DNA of 63,912 nt, the filler included, from Craspedostauros australis (lineage: Eukaryota), in assembly GCA_030167865.1 (NCBI GenBank). It is 19 parts of 19 records of this genome, joined end to end, with 100 filler letters (N's around TTAATTAATTAA, not from the genome) between each part and the next. Parts side by side here need not be neighbours in the genome. Positions count along the whole stretch, not along the records: positions 48,542 to 50,670 come from JALAGF010001852.1; positions 50,771 to 57,808 come from JALAGF010001853.1; positions 57,909 to 59,562 come from JALAGF010001854.1; 16 more parts are not named here. One strand, written 5' to 3'. The position numbers and the translations under genes were made by a program. Positions 48,542-59,662 of this stretch are shown piece by piece. The stretch's first letter is position 1. Every line of letters begins with the position of its first letter. The notes beneath the pieces are model-generated. The model worked only from the letters and a program-made list of their open reading frames with translations, made no database searches and was not told where the DNA came from.

Positions 48542-49435
48542 ACAAGCAAGCCCACTTCGGCACCTACAGTTGGAAGCAACTCGAATGGCTGTGCATCCAA
48601 TGAGTCCATGGTCCGCGTACAAATACTGACAGATAACTACGGATCCGAAACCACCTGGGAGCTGAAGAATGGAGACAGCGTCCTCCTCCAAGATGGCCCG
48701 TTTACCGACGACACCATCCAGGTCCACACCAAGGAGATGTGCGTCTCCGAGTCTGCCTGCTTGAGCATGACGATTTCTGACTCATTCGGTGACGGCATCT
48801 GCTGCAGTGAAGGTTCGGGATCATACAAGATCTTCGTCGATGGCGTCGAGCAGAAGTCTGGAGGAGAATTCGAATCATCCGAGACGACCCCGATCGGAAA
48901 TTGTCAGGGCCCGGAACCAACGACTGCTCCGGTGACTCCGCCCACAGCATCCCCGGTGACTCCGCCCACAGCATCCCCGGTGACTCCGCCCACGGCGTCC
49001 CCAGTCAGCAGTGGAGGCGGAAACAACTCATGCCCAACCGGACAGACCCCGGTCCAGATCACTCTCAAGACTGACAACTTCGGCGACGAGACCCTGATCA
49101 ACTTGAAGCAGGATGGGGAGGACGTCTATTTGAATTCTGTCTTCGAGAACGGCATAGAGCTGATCATTGACGAGTGCGTCAACAACGGGGCCTGCCTCGA
49201 GTTCATCATCGAGGATTCGTACGGCGATGGTATCTGCTGCAGCGAGGGCCAAGGCTCTTACACCGTCACCATGGGCGGAGCCGTCGTAGCGTCCGGAGGG
49301 GAGTTCGATTCGGTCGAGACCTCCACCTTCGGGCAGTGTGGCACCCGAAGGGGGCTACGAGCCAACGGCAGTAGGCAGAAAGCCAAGCCAGCACGCAAAG
49401 AGAAGAAGAGAGCGACCAAGCCACGCAATGCATAG
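48542..49435 (+). CDS. C-terminal part of a secreted protein with two DS(F/Y)GDGICC repeat domains and a (PVTPPTAS)3 linker
   Basis: TDNYGSETTW...ISDSFGDGICCSEGSGSY...GGEF and TDNFGDET...IEDSYGDGICCSEGQGSY...GGEF. 24-bp tandem repeat at ~48930-49005. Confidence 0.85.
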   Translation, partial: TSKPTSAPTVGSNSNGCASNESMVRVQILTDNYGSETTWELKNGDSVLLQDGPFTDDTIQVHTKEMCVSESACLSMTISDSFGDGICCSEGSGSYKIFVDGVEQKSGGEFESSETTPIGNCQGPEPTTAPVTPPTASPVTPPTASPVTPPTASPVSSGGGNNSCPTGQTPVQITLKTDNFGDETLINLKQDGEDVYLNSVFENGIELIIDECVNNGACLEFIIEDSYGDGICCSEGQGSYTVTMGGAVVASGGEFDSVETSTFGQCGTRRGLRANGSRQKAKPARKEKKRATKPRNA

Positions 49436-49746
49436 ACCCCATGGCGGAGCCTGCCATAGAAAAAGGGGGACAGCTGTCACAGCAGGAACCAACATAAGTG
49501 CATCATATTATATAATATTCTGGTATATACTTACCATCCAAGATCAGCAATGAAACTGTACAACACCACTCGTCAGCTATGGTGAATAATAATACGTATT
49601 ACATGATGATTCAACTATGGTGCGCCGGTGGAAGGCTCCATGAATGGGCGCGCAAGCGAAAATCCGAAGCCGAATCAGTGCTCTGCGGTGTTTTGGGCCT
49701 GCAAAGCGTGGCAGATCGCAGTACATACGAGAATACACTCTCTGCT

Positions 49747-50442
49747 CTACTGCTTCTCACTACTGACAGCGCCACCGCCACCACCACTACCGCCGCCGGT
49801 CTCCGGAACATCCTTCTTCGACACAATGGTGGCATCCACAACCCCGGTTCCTGCAGGACCATCATCGTCCCATTGGTTCATCGTCGGAATGACAGTGGAC
49901 TGCACCGGTGGCTCCTCCTGCTGCGCCGGCGTTGATCGCGGCATGGGATTGAGAGTGCTCTGCAAGGCCGAGAGCTCTCCGTTGTCGTCCATCTTCTTCA
50001 GTTTGTCTTCCAAAAACGGCTGCAGCTTGGTGCCCAGCTCCTGCATGAGATCGGGTCGCTGCGCCATCGTCTCGCCTTTGTTCAATTGCGCTACGTACTC
50101 TTCCCACAATCCCGGCTGCAGCTCCTTGCATTCCTTCTCGAGCTGTTCGGCCGCGGCCGGGATGATGAAGCTGGCATAGAGAAAGGCGACGGCGGCGAAG
50201 AAGAAGATGAGGCCTGTGATGACGGCTGCCACGGTCTGCAGGACGCCGCCGGCTTGCTGCAGCATGGAGGGATCCGTCGCGGCGGCCACGACGGCATCGT
50301 CAGCGATGAGAAACGTCTCGGGCAGCAACGTGCCGGCGCCGAGCATGGTGGCAGTATTGCGCGTGTGGTGCATGCGCGGCGTTTGGAACGCGCTCGCGGA
50401 TGCTGCGAGGATCAGGAGGACGGAGATGGAATGGAAGGTCAT
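49747..50442 (-). CDS. Plastid-targeted single-TM hypothetical protein
   Basis: Signal peptide ending ASA|FQ (ASAFAP-type cleavage motif), transit-like region, then TM VAAVITGLIFFFAAVAFLYASFII. Confidence 0.8.
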   Translation of the reverse strand: MTFHSISVLLILAASASAFQTPRMHHTRNTATMLGAGTLLPETFLIADDAVVAAATDPSMLQQAGGVLQTVAAVITGLIFFFAAVAFLYASFIIPAAAEQLEKECKELQPGLWEEYVAQLNKGETMAQRPDLMQELGTKLQPFLEDKLKKMDDNGELSALQSTLNPMPRSTPAQQEEPPVQSTVIPTMNQWDDDGPAGTGVVDATIVSKKDVPETGGGSGGGGGAVSSEKQ

Positions 50443-51507
50443 GATGCTGGAGTAGTGGAAAGGGATGCGTTGTGTTGAATAGCGTTATGGTGCTTGGTGT
50501 TGTGCTTCTTGTGCTCTCTTGTTGTTGTGGAGACACTGCGCGCACCCAGCATTGCACAAGTGTGCGAAGAGAAGAAACATCAGCCACAGCGATGTCAAAC
50601 GGAGCAGGCAGCAGCAACCAACGCAACAGAGATGTGGAAAACGTGTTGATGTTCGTGTCTGTCAGATCCANNNNNNNNNNNNNNNNNNNNNNNNNNNNNN
50701 NNNNNNNNNNNNNNTTAATTAATTAANNNNNNNNNNNNNNNNNNNNNNNNNNNNNNNNNNNNNNNNNNNNACGTGGCGCAACTGGAGGCAACGCTGCCTA
50801 CTCCAACACTCAAGATGTGGCACGATGCAATGCCATGGTAATCAGATCTGTTGCAGAAGGTGATCGCTTCCGTCACTGGTGCCGATCTCGCCATGCAATC
50901 GTGTGTTTTGCCTGTATAATAGTAGAGCCATGTGGTGACCATTGGGTCGATCCCGTCAAGACAGAGGCGAAGCAATCTGTGACGGCGGGGCTTGTTTGCT
51001 CTCTGATCGTCATGCGCTGTTGTCATTGTTGCCAACATGAATTGCAGTGCTGCACTCTACTCTAATTGTATGCCCTCTCTTTCTCTCTCTCTTGTCTCTG
51101 TGAGTAGAGAGACCCATAGAGTATTCGCCACGTTCAACCATCGTATTATATCTTGCGCTATGCTCAATAGTATCATTATTCACGACTCGAACGCTGACCA
51201 CCAATAGCGAGACAGCATTGAATCGTGTTGGAGGAATCATGTGGTCGGAGTTGGCATGACAGAAAGGAGAATGAAGGTGGAACGAGACGAAAGGAAAGGT
51301 CCCCCATGTGTCCAAAGGCAGAGAGACTGAGACAAGGACACAGACACAGAGACGAAGAGGATGGAAGTGCGTCACCGCTCGCATGGGACGGCCAATAAAT
51401 GCGTTCTGCTCCTGCCTCCTTGATCGAGGATGGGCATCAGTGACTTCGATGTAACATTGTATCGTGCCAAATTGATCGATGGCAAGATCTGTTCCGCTCC
51501 TGCCCTC

Positions 51508-51551
51508 GGGGGGAGAGGGGAAATCACAATTTTTGTCACATTTGGACTCAG
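51508..51551 (+). repeat. Left TIR of the Harbinger-type element
   Basis: CTC|GGGGGGAGAGGGGAAATCACAATTTTTGTCACATTTGGACTCAG, an inverted match to 47365-47406. Confidence 0.8.
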
Positions 51552-52214
51552 AAAGAATAGAAAGTGGGTCCATTATCACTCTTTTCAAATTTTTCTTGCA
51601 CTTCGTTGGAGTCAGCCATTTCATAAGATTCGCTGTTTGTTTCCTCGTCGGCCTGCAACTTTCTTTCGTCTTTGGCCAGACCAACTTCGTTCGAAGCTCA
51701 CGCACACACTTGGCCTCCAGAACTGATGCCCCACCAATCTGCCATGCCAACAATGCAAGTTGTTTCTCTCTGCCTCCCCATGCATGCTGTGTACAGTTCT
51801 GTTTCTGTTTCTGTTGTTGTTGTGCTATATAGACTATAATCCATAACCATGTGCTGTACCTGCTTTTGTGCCATCTCATTTATTCCACACAAGTCATTGA
51901 GTGGGAACGGATAATGTTGGCAGGTCTTGCCTTGCCATTTGGTTGCGTACAATTGTGTATGCCACCGCATATGTAATGTACACACAGGAGACGCACGTGG
52001 TGGCACCAACTGCCATTGCAGTGACTCATGTGAGGCATGCCAGGTGTGCGTTCACGCCGGAGGATGTTGGGTGTACATGGTGTACGGCGCAGCCATGCTG
52101 AATGCTCTGGAGAAACTGTGGCCCCAGTATGCGGCTTGTCATGTGTCACAGCTAGCAGCCACTCTGCTAGAGTTGGCCCGGTTCCTTGTAGATGCTGAGC
52201 GAGCTTACACAGGG

Positions 52215-52580
52215 TGGGTACATGTGGTGCTGCAAGGCAGCTCTACCAAGGCTTAGCAATCGGCATCCATGCACTGCAACATGATGCCACGCTTGCTTTC
52301 TTCAAGGAGGAGGTGATTTTGGATCGACCATTGTTGTAATGGCCCATGGCATAGCTCATGAGTCAATCCAGCTTGCCAGTGGGAGGGTTTGTGCTGCTTC
52401 AATGTGTTACGAATCGAGGGTACAACTTTGTCAGGTTCCCCACGATTGCTGCACCTCCTAAAACAATATCAATCACAACTCGACTCTTACCGATCACACC
52501 TTTGACTCGTGTTGATCACACCCTTGCCTCAACGCAATTGTGACTGATCTCAATATTTCCAAGAAAAACAGCCTGTCCCC
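52215..52580 (-). pseudogene. Decayed third ORF remnant inside the Harbinger-type element
   Basis: After a candidate acceptor TTGCAG it reads GQAVFLGNIEISHNCVEARV*STRVKGVIGKSRVVIDIVLGGAAIVGNLTKLYPRFVTH*SSTNPPTGKLD*LMSYAMGHYNNGRSK. All three internal stops are TGA. Confidence 0.35.
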
Positions 52581-53920
52581 CTGCAATAGGAAAAATCATG
52601 ACAACCAGACAAACCAAGCAACGACGTCATAGGAGAAAGATTGATGACCAACAGGTATGAGATACGCCCCATCCGGAGAACGAAACACATGCCCTGTGCG
52701 GATTGGATCATTCATATGATTGGACAATCAGAATGATTCAGAAAAGCAGTCAACCTGACATCAATCACAAAACAGGTGCAATCAAGACATCACAGGATCA
52801 AAGGCAAAACCTGTGACAAGATAGATGCATGACAGCGGAATCGTGCCGCACGAACGTAGACAACAGTGAGAGTGAGGATATGCATGACGAACATGGCTGA
52901 TGAAAGGCTAAATGAGATGCACACAAAGACGCATGATGAAAGGACATGATGACAATGCATGAGTGCAGCAACAAAATGTGACGTTGCTGCGGAAGATGCC
53001 TGATGCGAAATCGAAATCGAAAGAGATAATGAGATTGAGCTCACAGTTTTAAAGCGGTACGATCTACGAACAGATTAGATTACTACTATCATAACCCTGG
53101 ATTTCCAACACGAAAGACCCGGCAGGGTTTCAACCGTGCTTTCTCCACTCCACCAACCGCGCAGTCTATATCAGGCCGTTCCTGCCCGCTCCTTGCCAAG
53201 CTTCCTTGACAAGGTCAATCGACATGTAGTTGCTTGCTTCTGACCGAGTGCTGCCTTCCTTCAAGATGTTGAGACCTTTAATAACGAGCTCGGCTCCCAT
53301 CTCCATGGACCTTGATGGTCGCATGTTGTGCCAGACTTGTTTGATGCAGGAGTCCAAAACTACCAGGCTATATGCATTGCTGTTGGTCTTATGTTGTACA
53401 AGCGGCTCCGGGGCGCTGCTCAAGTGGATTAGTCTCCGTGCCAGGCACAGCTGCAGGACGTCGTCTCGACGCCCTCCCATTGCCACTACACAAGATACAC
53501 GAGAAACCCAACAACACACTAGAGATTCCGTGCCCTCTGCCCGCGTGGCGGGCAGTTGCAAAGGGGCGGAGAAAAGCGCCATCGGCGCAGTCAATTAAAA
53601 GACTAATCATTGAGTTATTTATTTGTTTGTTGTACAAGCGGCTTCTTCTTGTTCATCCATGTGTTGTCAACAACACAATCATGAATGCAAATGAAGCGCT
53701 TTATGTCACTGTTGCTTCTCCTCTTCCTTGTCCTTTTTTACCTTCGGAGACCAGGATCGCTCCTCCAGTGTACCTTAGTTTGGCCTGAGATACGTTCTTG
53801 TTTGGTGCAGCCAACTGCATCATCTTTCCAGGAGTTGCAGTGACAAATAGATTGAAAAGTGGATGTTGTTGTTGCTATTCTAAAATGAAGTGGTTTATTG
53901 CATGTGGCTATTGTGTATTC

Positions 53921-54960
53921 CTACAGTTCCACCAGGGAATCCAACCAATCATCCATCTCTTGGATGGTCCGCATCGTTCGGGTGAGGTCAAACAGTGGAT
54001 TTGTATGTTTGAGTTCCAATTGTGTGATTGCGGCTACCGAGTACATTGCGTACTGGTACTTCTCCAGTGTGTGCCGCCATTTTTGCTTTAGGCACTTCCA
54101 GTTCTTGAACCTTTTGTGTACGGTTTCATGGCGTGCACGAATCACGCCATTGCATCGGGTGCGATCCAAGCAGCAGCTTTGCTCACCTCTGTACCCTCGG
54201 TCCGCAATAACCTGTTCATTGGGATCCAATGCATGTAGGAGCTTCTCTCAATAAATTTTGATGTCCAGCCACTCCCCACAAGGATACGGTCCATCCACCC
54301 ACACAAGGTGCCCAGTCGCAATGGAGACACAAGTTTCGTATCGGAGGCCCACAGCTTTGAATTTGTGGGAATACCAGCCTGGGTCATACAAAACAGGCTC
54401 CATGATGGGGAAGTCAGTGCCATCTACAGATGCCATTGTTGTAGTTCCTGGCGCACATCCCATTTTCCAATCTTCAAAACATATCTGGGATAGGATGAAC
54501 ACATGTGAACATTGGAAGAGAAAGAGAATGTGAGAGGTAAGTCATGCTGCTCATCAATTGCATTGTCTATGTTGCAGTCTGGATGTTGATGTTCCAAAGT
54601 TGTGCCACTTACAAGTTCACGGCTGAGGAGACCCAACGCACGAAGAATAATCCAGGTCCACTTCTGTACAGTTTTCACATCCTTTCCCATTCGTCCTGCC
54701 AGCACACCCCATGTTGGATATTGCTTGAGGAACATGAGAGCACACAACAGGTGATCCATAGTGGCATTCCAAGGCAGCAAGTCCTCCTCATTCAGTGCCT
54801 CCCATGTCATTGCAGCCACTTTTGTGTGGGTTCCAAAGTTGCTTCGGAAGCATGCTTGCACACCATACAATGGTTGAGTCTGGGGTCTAGTGTCAACTGC
54901 TCGTCCCAGAAGCTTCATTCCCTTGTGTGCAATGGCTGCTTTGGTTGTCTCAGTGGCCAT
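53921..54960 (-). mobile_element. PIF/Harbinger (DDE_Tnp_4-like) transposase, intron 54612-54485, in-frame TGA at 54250-54248
   Basis: FRSNFG...HLLCALMFLKQY...KW (HTH region). A GTAAGT...CAG phase-0 intron is followed by SVDGTDF...WYSHKF...GLRYE...VWVDGPYPCG...IADRGYRG...RARHETVHKRFKNW (DDE triad). Confidence 0.93.
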
Positions 54961-55164
54961 TTTCTTGTGTCTTGGTATGCCAAAAGGATGGAGGACAGAG
55001 TCATGGTATCCACAAGCACAACATCCAAATCGGCAGGAGAGAGAGATGAAAACAGTCAGGGCAAGTGCTACTAATATTGACTAGTACTGAACATAAAACA
55101 ACATGAACCATTCTGTGTGTTATTTGGCCGGCTATCTGTGTTGGTTTGGACTTGCACACAGAAA

Positions 55165-56490
55165 ACCGGCATACACAGACACTGAGGGAGATTGGACTGT
55201 CATGTCGAAAACCGCATGAACGATTTGCCTGTTCGATGTGGTTGATGCTGTGTCTGTCTCATCTTTTTTGCACTAGTACCACAAACCGTTGATGAGACAC
55301 AGCGCCGATCGTACTGCATGGTCAGACATGCAACCACACAAGTAGAATCGAACAGGCTGGATCACACCACACCGATAATGACTGGCATGCACAGGCGCAG
55401 AGGGAGATGGGACTGTCGTATCCAACACCGAATGAACGATTTGCATGTTCGATGTGCGTCTGTCTCGTCTTTTTTGCACTAGTACAACAAACCGTTGATG
55501 GAGCACAGCGCTGGTCGTACTACATGGTCAGACGCGCAACCACACAAGTACAATTGGACAGGCTGGGTCGTACCAAACCAAAAATGACCGGCATGCACAG
55601 GTGCTGACAGAGATTGGACTGCTGTATTGAACAGTGCACGAACGATTTGCCTGTTCGATGTGGTTGATGCTGTGTCTGTCTCATCTTTTTTGCACTAGTA
55701 CCACAAACCGTTGATGAGACACAGCGCCGATCGTACTGCATGGTCAGACATGCAACCACACAAGTAGAATCGAACAGGCTGGATCACACCAAATCAAAAA
55801 TGACCAGCGTGCACAGAGACACTGACGGAGATTGGACTGTCGTATCCAACACCGAATGAACGATTTGCATGTTCGATGTGCGTCTGTCTCGTCTTTTTTG
55901 CACTAGTACAACAAACCGTTGATGGAGCACAGCGCTGGTCGTACTACGTGGTCAGATACACAACCACACAAGTACAATCGAACAGGCTGGATCACACCAA
56001 ACCGAAAACGACCGGCATGCACAAACACGGAAGCAGATTGGACTGTTGTGTTGACACCGCATGAATGATTTGCCTGTTCGATGTGGTTGATGTTGTGTTT
56101 GTCCTTGTCTTTTTGCGCTAGTACAACAAACCGTTGATGTAACACAGCGCTGGTCGTACTACATGGTCAGACACGCAACCACACAAGTAGAATCGAACAG
56201 GCTGGATCACACCAAACCGAAAACGACCGGCATGCACAGACACTGAGGGAGGTTGAACTGTCATGTCGAAAACCGCATGAACGATTTGCCTGTTCGATGT
56301 GGTTGATGCTGTGTCTGTCTCGTCTTTTTTGCACTAGTACAACAAACGGTTGATGAGACACAGCGCCGATCGTACTGCATGGTCAGACATGCAACCACAC
56401 AAGTAGAATCGAACAGGCTGGATCACACCAAACCAAAAATGACCGGCATGCACAGGCGCAGAGGGAGATGGGACTGCTGTGTCGAACACT
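55165..56490 (+). repeat. Tandem array of ~6.2 units of 206-216 bp upstream of the transposase
   Basis: Unit starts at 55165, 55381, 55587, 55803, 56011, 56226 and 56442. Conserved TTTTTTGCACTAGTAC(A/C)ACAAAC, TGGTCAGA, CAACCACACAAGTA and CAGGCTGG. Confidence 0.95.
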
Positions 56491-57559
56491 ACAAGTGCCA
56501 TCTTCGACTGGGTATGCCGCACTTGGACCAGGGACATTCCTTTGTTCCTTTTTGCGTTCGGATTGTGGAACACGGACTTACTCATGTTGTCGCGTCTTGC
56601 GCTGTCTGGATCGAACCAGTGTTTCTCCTGTATTGCCTGGGGCGCATTGGCCCCACATGCTGGTCGGTGTGAACGCACATTGCAAAGTTGAACGGTTGGC
56701 GACATGAGGCGCCATGTACTGGGGATGTTGCTGTGGTGGTTGCAGTTTCAGACAGACACCTTCAGGAAAATTGGTAAAATCAACGATATTTGGGGATTTA
56801 TTAGCCCTTTGTCATCTAATTTTGGCGAATATTTGAAACTATTTTATGCCTTTGTGTCGATTGGGACATAAAAAACGTTATTCAGACTCAAATTTGTAGC
56901 GTTTTGTACGATTCGTGTCACTTTTGGAGATATCAGGGTCTTTTGGACGATTGTGTTGCGAATTAGAGGGAATGTGCTGAACCGTTGTTCGAACCTGTTC
57001 CTACGAGGGCGTATTTAACCAATGCAACCAAATGTCCCATCCTCCATGGTCTTTTCACGACATTCGGAAACTTCCACCACCTCTGTTTCGGAATGTGACA
57101 TTGCAACTCGCTCCTCCTCTATTCACGAGGTGGGATTTTGCCGCCCCAAGGAATTGTCCGATCCGGGATGGTCTTTTCACGACCTCGCAAGTCATCTACA
57201 ACCACTTGTGCGGAATGCGCTGTGGCATTTTCCTCCTTCTCAACTCGCGAGGGTGTGGTTCGCCCCTACAACTGACTGTCGCATCTTGCAGGGCCTTTCC
57301 ACTGCCTTGTGAGACCACAACCAATGACGATGGTTGTCACATGGCGACTCGGTTGCGCCAGGTTCTGTGCATGCACATGATCCGACAGAAAGGCATCCGC
57401 ATGGTGGCGGAGTACACGACCGTGCTGTTCGGTTGCAACACAAACAAAGGAGCCACAGCAGTGTTACAACACGACAACTCCAGTCGCAACATGCACGAAA
57501 ACGACCATACATCCGGCCCAAACGAGTCGACGATCTCACAAAAACAAAATCGCAAAACT

Positions 57560-57808
57560 CAGAACACAGCACAGCACAACACGACGCGAAGCAAAGCAAC
57601 GCACCACAACACGCTCACCACGACGCAACCACAACACAGCCCACCACAACGAACATGACGTACCACAACACAACCCACCACAACGAACACGACGCACCAC
57701 AACACAACCCACCACACTGAACATGACGCACCACAACGAACATGACGCACCACAACACAACCCACCACAACGAACACGACGCACCACAATGAACACGACC
57801 CACCACCA
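57560..57808 (+). repeat. CA-rich minisatellite running into the contig end
   Basis: CACCACAACGAACACGACGCACCACAACACAACC units, the same type as those starting contig 43480. Confidence 0.85.
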
Positions 57809-57908
57809 NNNNNNNNNNNNNNNNNNNNNNNNNNNNNNNNNNNNNNNNNNNNTTAATTAATTAANNNNNNNNNNNNNNNNNNNNNNNNNNNNNNNNNNNN
57901 NNNNNNNN

Positions 57909-59562
57909 CGCTCCGATCAGCGCCTGTTGAATTGGCTGAAGGCGAACGCTCTCCAGCATTCCGTTCATCCGGTATGCATTCACGCAGATGTCAAGTGCGC
58001 CTCGCACTCCGATTTGGTGCATCAGATAGTACAGGGAGCGTGGCTCCACCCCCGTCAGTCTGAGGGTTGCAATGTTATGCACTGCATCGATGCAGATGAG
58101 GGAGAGTTCGGACCGGACGTCGTTTGGTGAAAGGACGTTGCTCAGCGAGCATCGGGCGGTCACGAATAACAATCCGCTCGTCTCATCTAGCACCTCTCTG
58201 CGCACCATCCTTTCGCCTTCGTTTCTAGGCACGGCACCTCTTGGCTCGTTGGCGAGCTGGATGAAGAANGGNATGTTCGGGCAGTCCACGCACCATGCGT
58301 AGAGNGGCCCNCGCTTGAGGCACAACGGACACCATCCGTTGTTCATGTCGCGACGCGATGATTGCTCGATCATGTCGTCGAGTGCGCTTGGACGGGATGG
58401 GAGACTATAGACTGGTTCGTTGATGGCGCGGTCGATGTTGTCGTTGTCGACTCCTGTCATCGCCATCTCCGTTACGTCTGCGTCCTCCTCATCTGTCGTT
58501 CCCTCGTGGTATTCTGTGACCACATCGTCGGGATCCTCGGCTTCTGCGTCGGATGAAAAGAGCTCGTCTTTGATCATCTCCTCGTCATTGATAGGAGGCC
58601 CGTAGTAACCGTACTCTCGTGGAGAGTGCTTGGCCATATCCTCGGTAGTCCACGCTCTCTCCGCGTTGGGTGTTCCGCTTTCGAAGCTGGCGGTTCCGTC
58701 GACGTCGATCGTGACGAACGCCATGTCGTCCATCATCACATCATCATCGTGTAAAAACACACGGTCCTGTGTGGTCACATTTCTGTCTTGGTTCGCGAAT
58801 TCGGTGATTTTGTTGAGTTTTTCGCTGGTCACACTTTCCTCTTCGCTCGCGTCTTCGTTGATGAACACACACATCATATCATCTGATGCGGTGAGTGCGA
58901 CGTCGTCGACTCCATCCATCCCGTCGGTAGCGACGTTGGCAGAGTCTGATTCCTTCATAGCGGCCCTGAGCTTGAAGCACTGCACGATCTTGTGCCCCTT
59001 CTTGCCGCAGTAGTTGCATTCCCCGTTGAATTTGGGTTTGCCTCCGCCGTTGCCTTGGCCCTTCGGCTTGTTCTTGCCGTTGCCCTTCTTGGCTGCAGAG
59101 CGACAGTCGGCCTTCTTGTGGCCGTAGGCGCCACAGTTGCGACAGTTGCCCTTGAAGCTCCCAATGGCTGCGAGTGTCATCTCCTCCTTGCTGTTGTTGC
59201 CGCCGCGATTGGAGTTGCCTCCTTTGATGTTGCGGCCGTCGTAGGTGGCGCTCATGGTCTCGCGGATGTCTTCGATGGTCATGGTCTCTTCCTTTCCGAG
59301 GAATCTGAGTTCTATGATCTTCACATCCATTTCGTACTCCTTGCCAAGGGCGTTGAGCACGAGCATGTGGTACTGCTGCATATCCATGTTGATACCAGCG
59401 TTTCCGAGGCGATTGCGCAGCACTTCCATTTTGGTGAGGAACGTGTCTGGGTTCTCGCCCTTCTTCAATCGCATCCCATTGAGTTGAGCCAACAACTTTG
59501 CCTTCATAGGCGCGGTTCGTTGCTCGTAGATGCGCTCAAGAGCCTTCCACGCCTTGCGCGGG
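57909..59562 (-). mobile_element. Ty1/copia gag fragment with two CCHC zinc knuckles and a long downstream extension
   Basis: AWKALERIYE...ENPDTFLTKME...VLNALGKEY (UBN2/gag-like), CRNCGAYGHKKADC and CNYCGKKGHKIVQC. Confidence 0.88.
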
Positions 59563-59662
59563 NNNNNNNNNNNNNNNNNNNNNNNNNNNNNNNNNNNNNN
59601 NNNNNNTTAATTAATTAANNNNNNNNNNNNNNNNNNNNNNNNNNNNNNNNNNNNNNNNNNNN

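Noticed and set aside
55165..56490. CRISPR-like array
   Set aside because: Whole units are homologous end to end, there are no unique spacers, and no cas or TnpB/Fanzor-like ORF is visible.
57040..57235. Two-copy ~125-bp degenerate duplication (TGGTCTTTTCACGAC)
   Set aside because: Only two diverged copies inside the transposon; too little to interpret separately.
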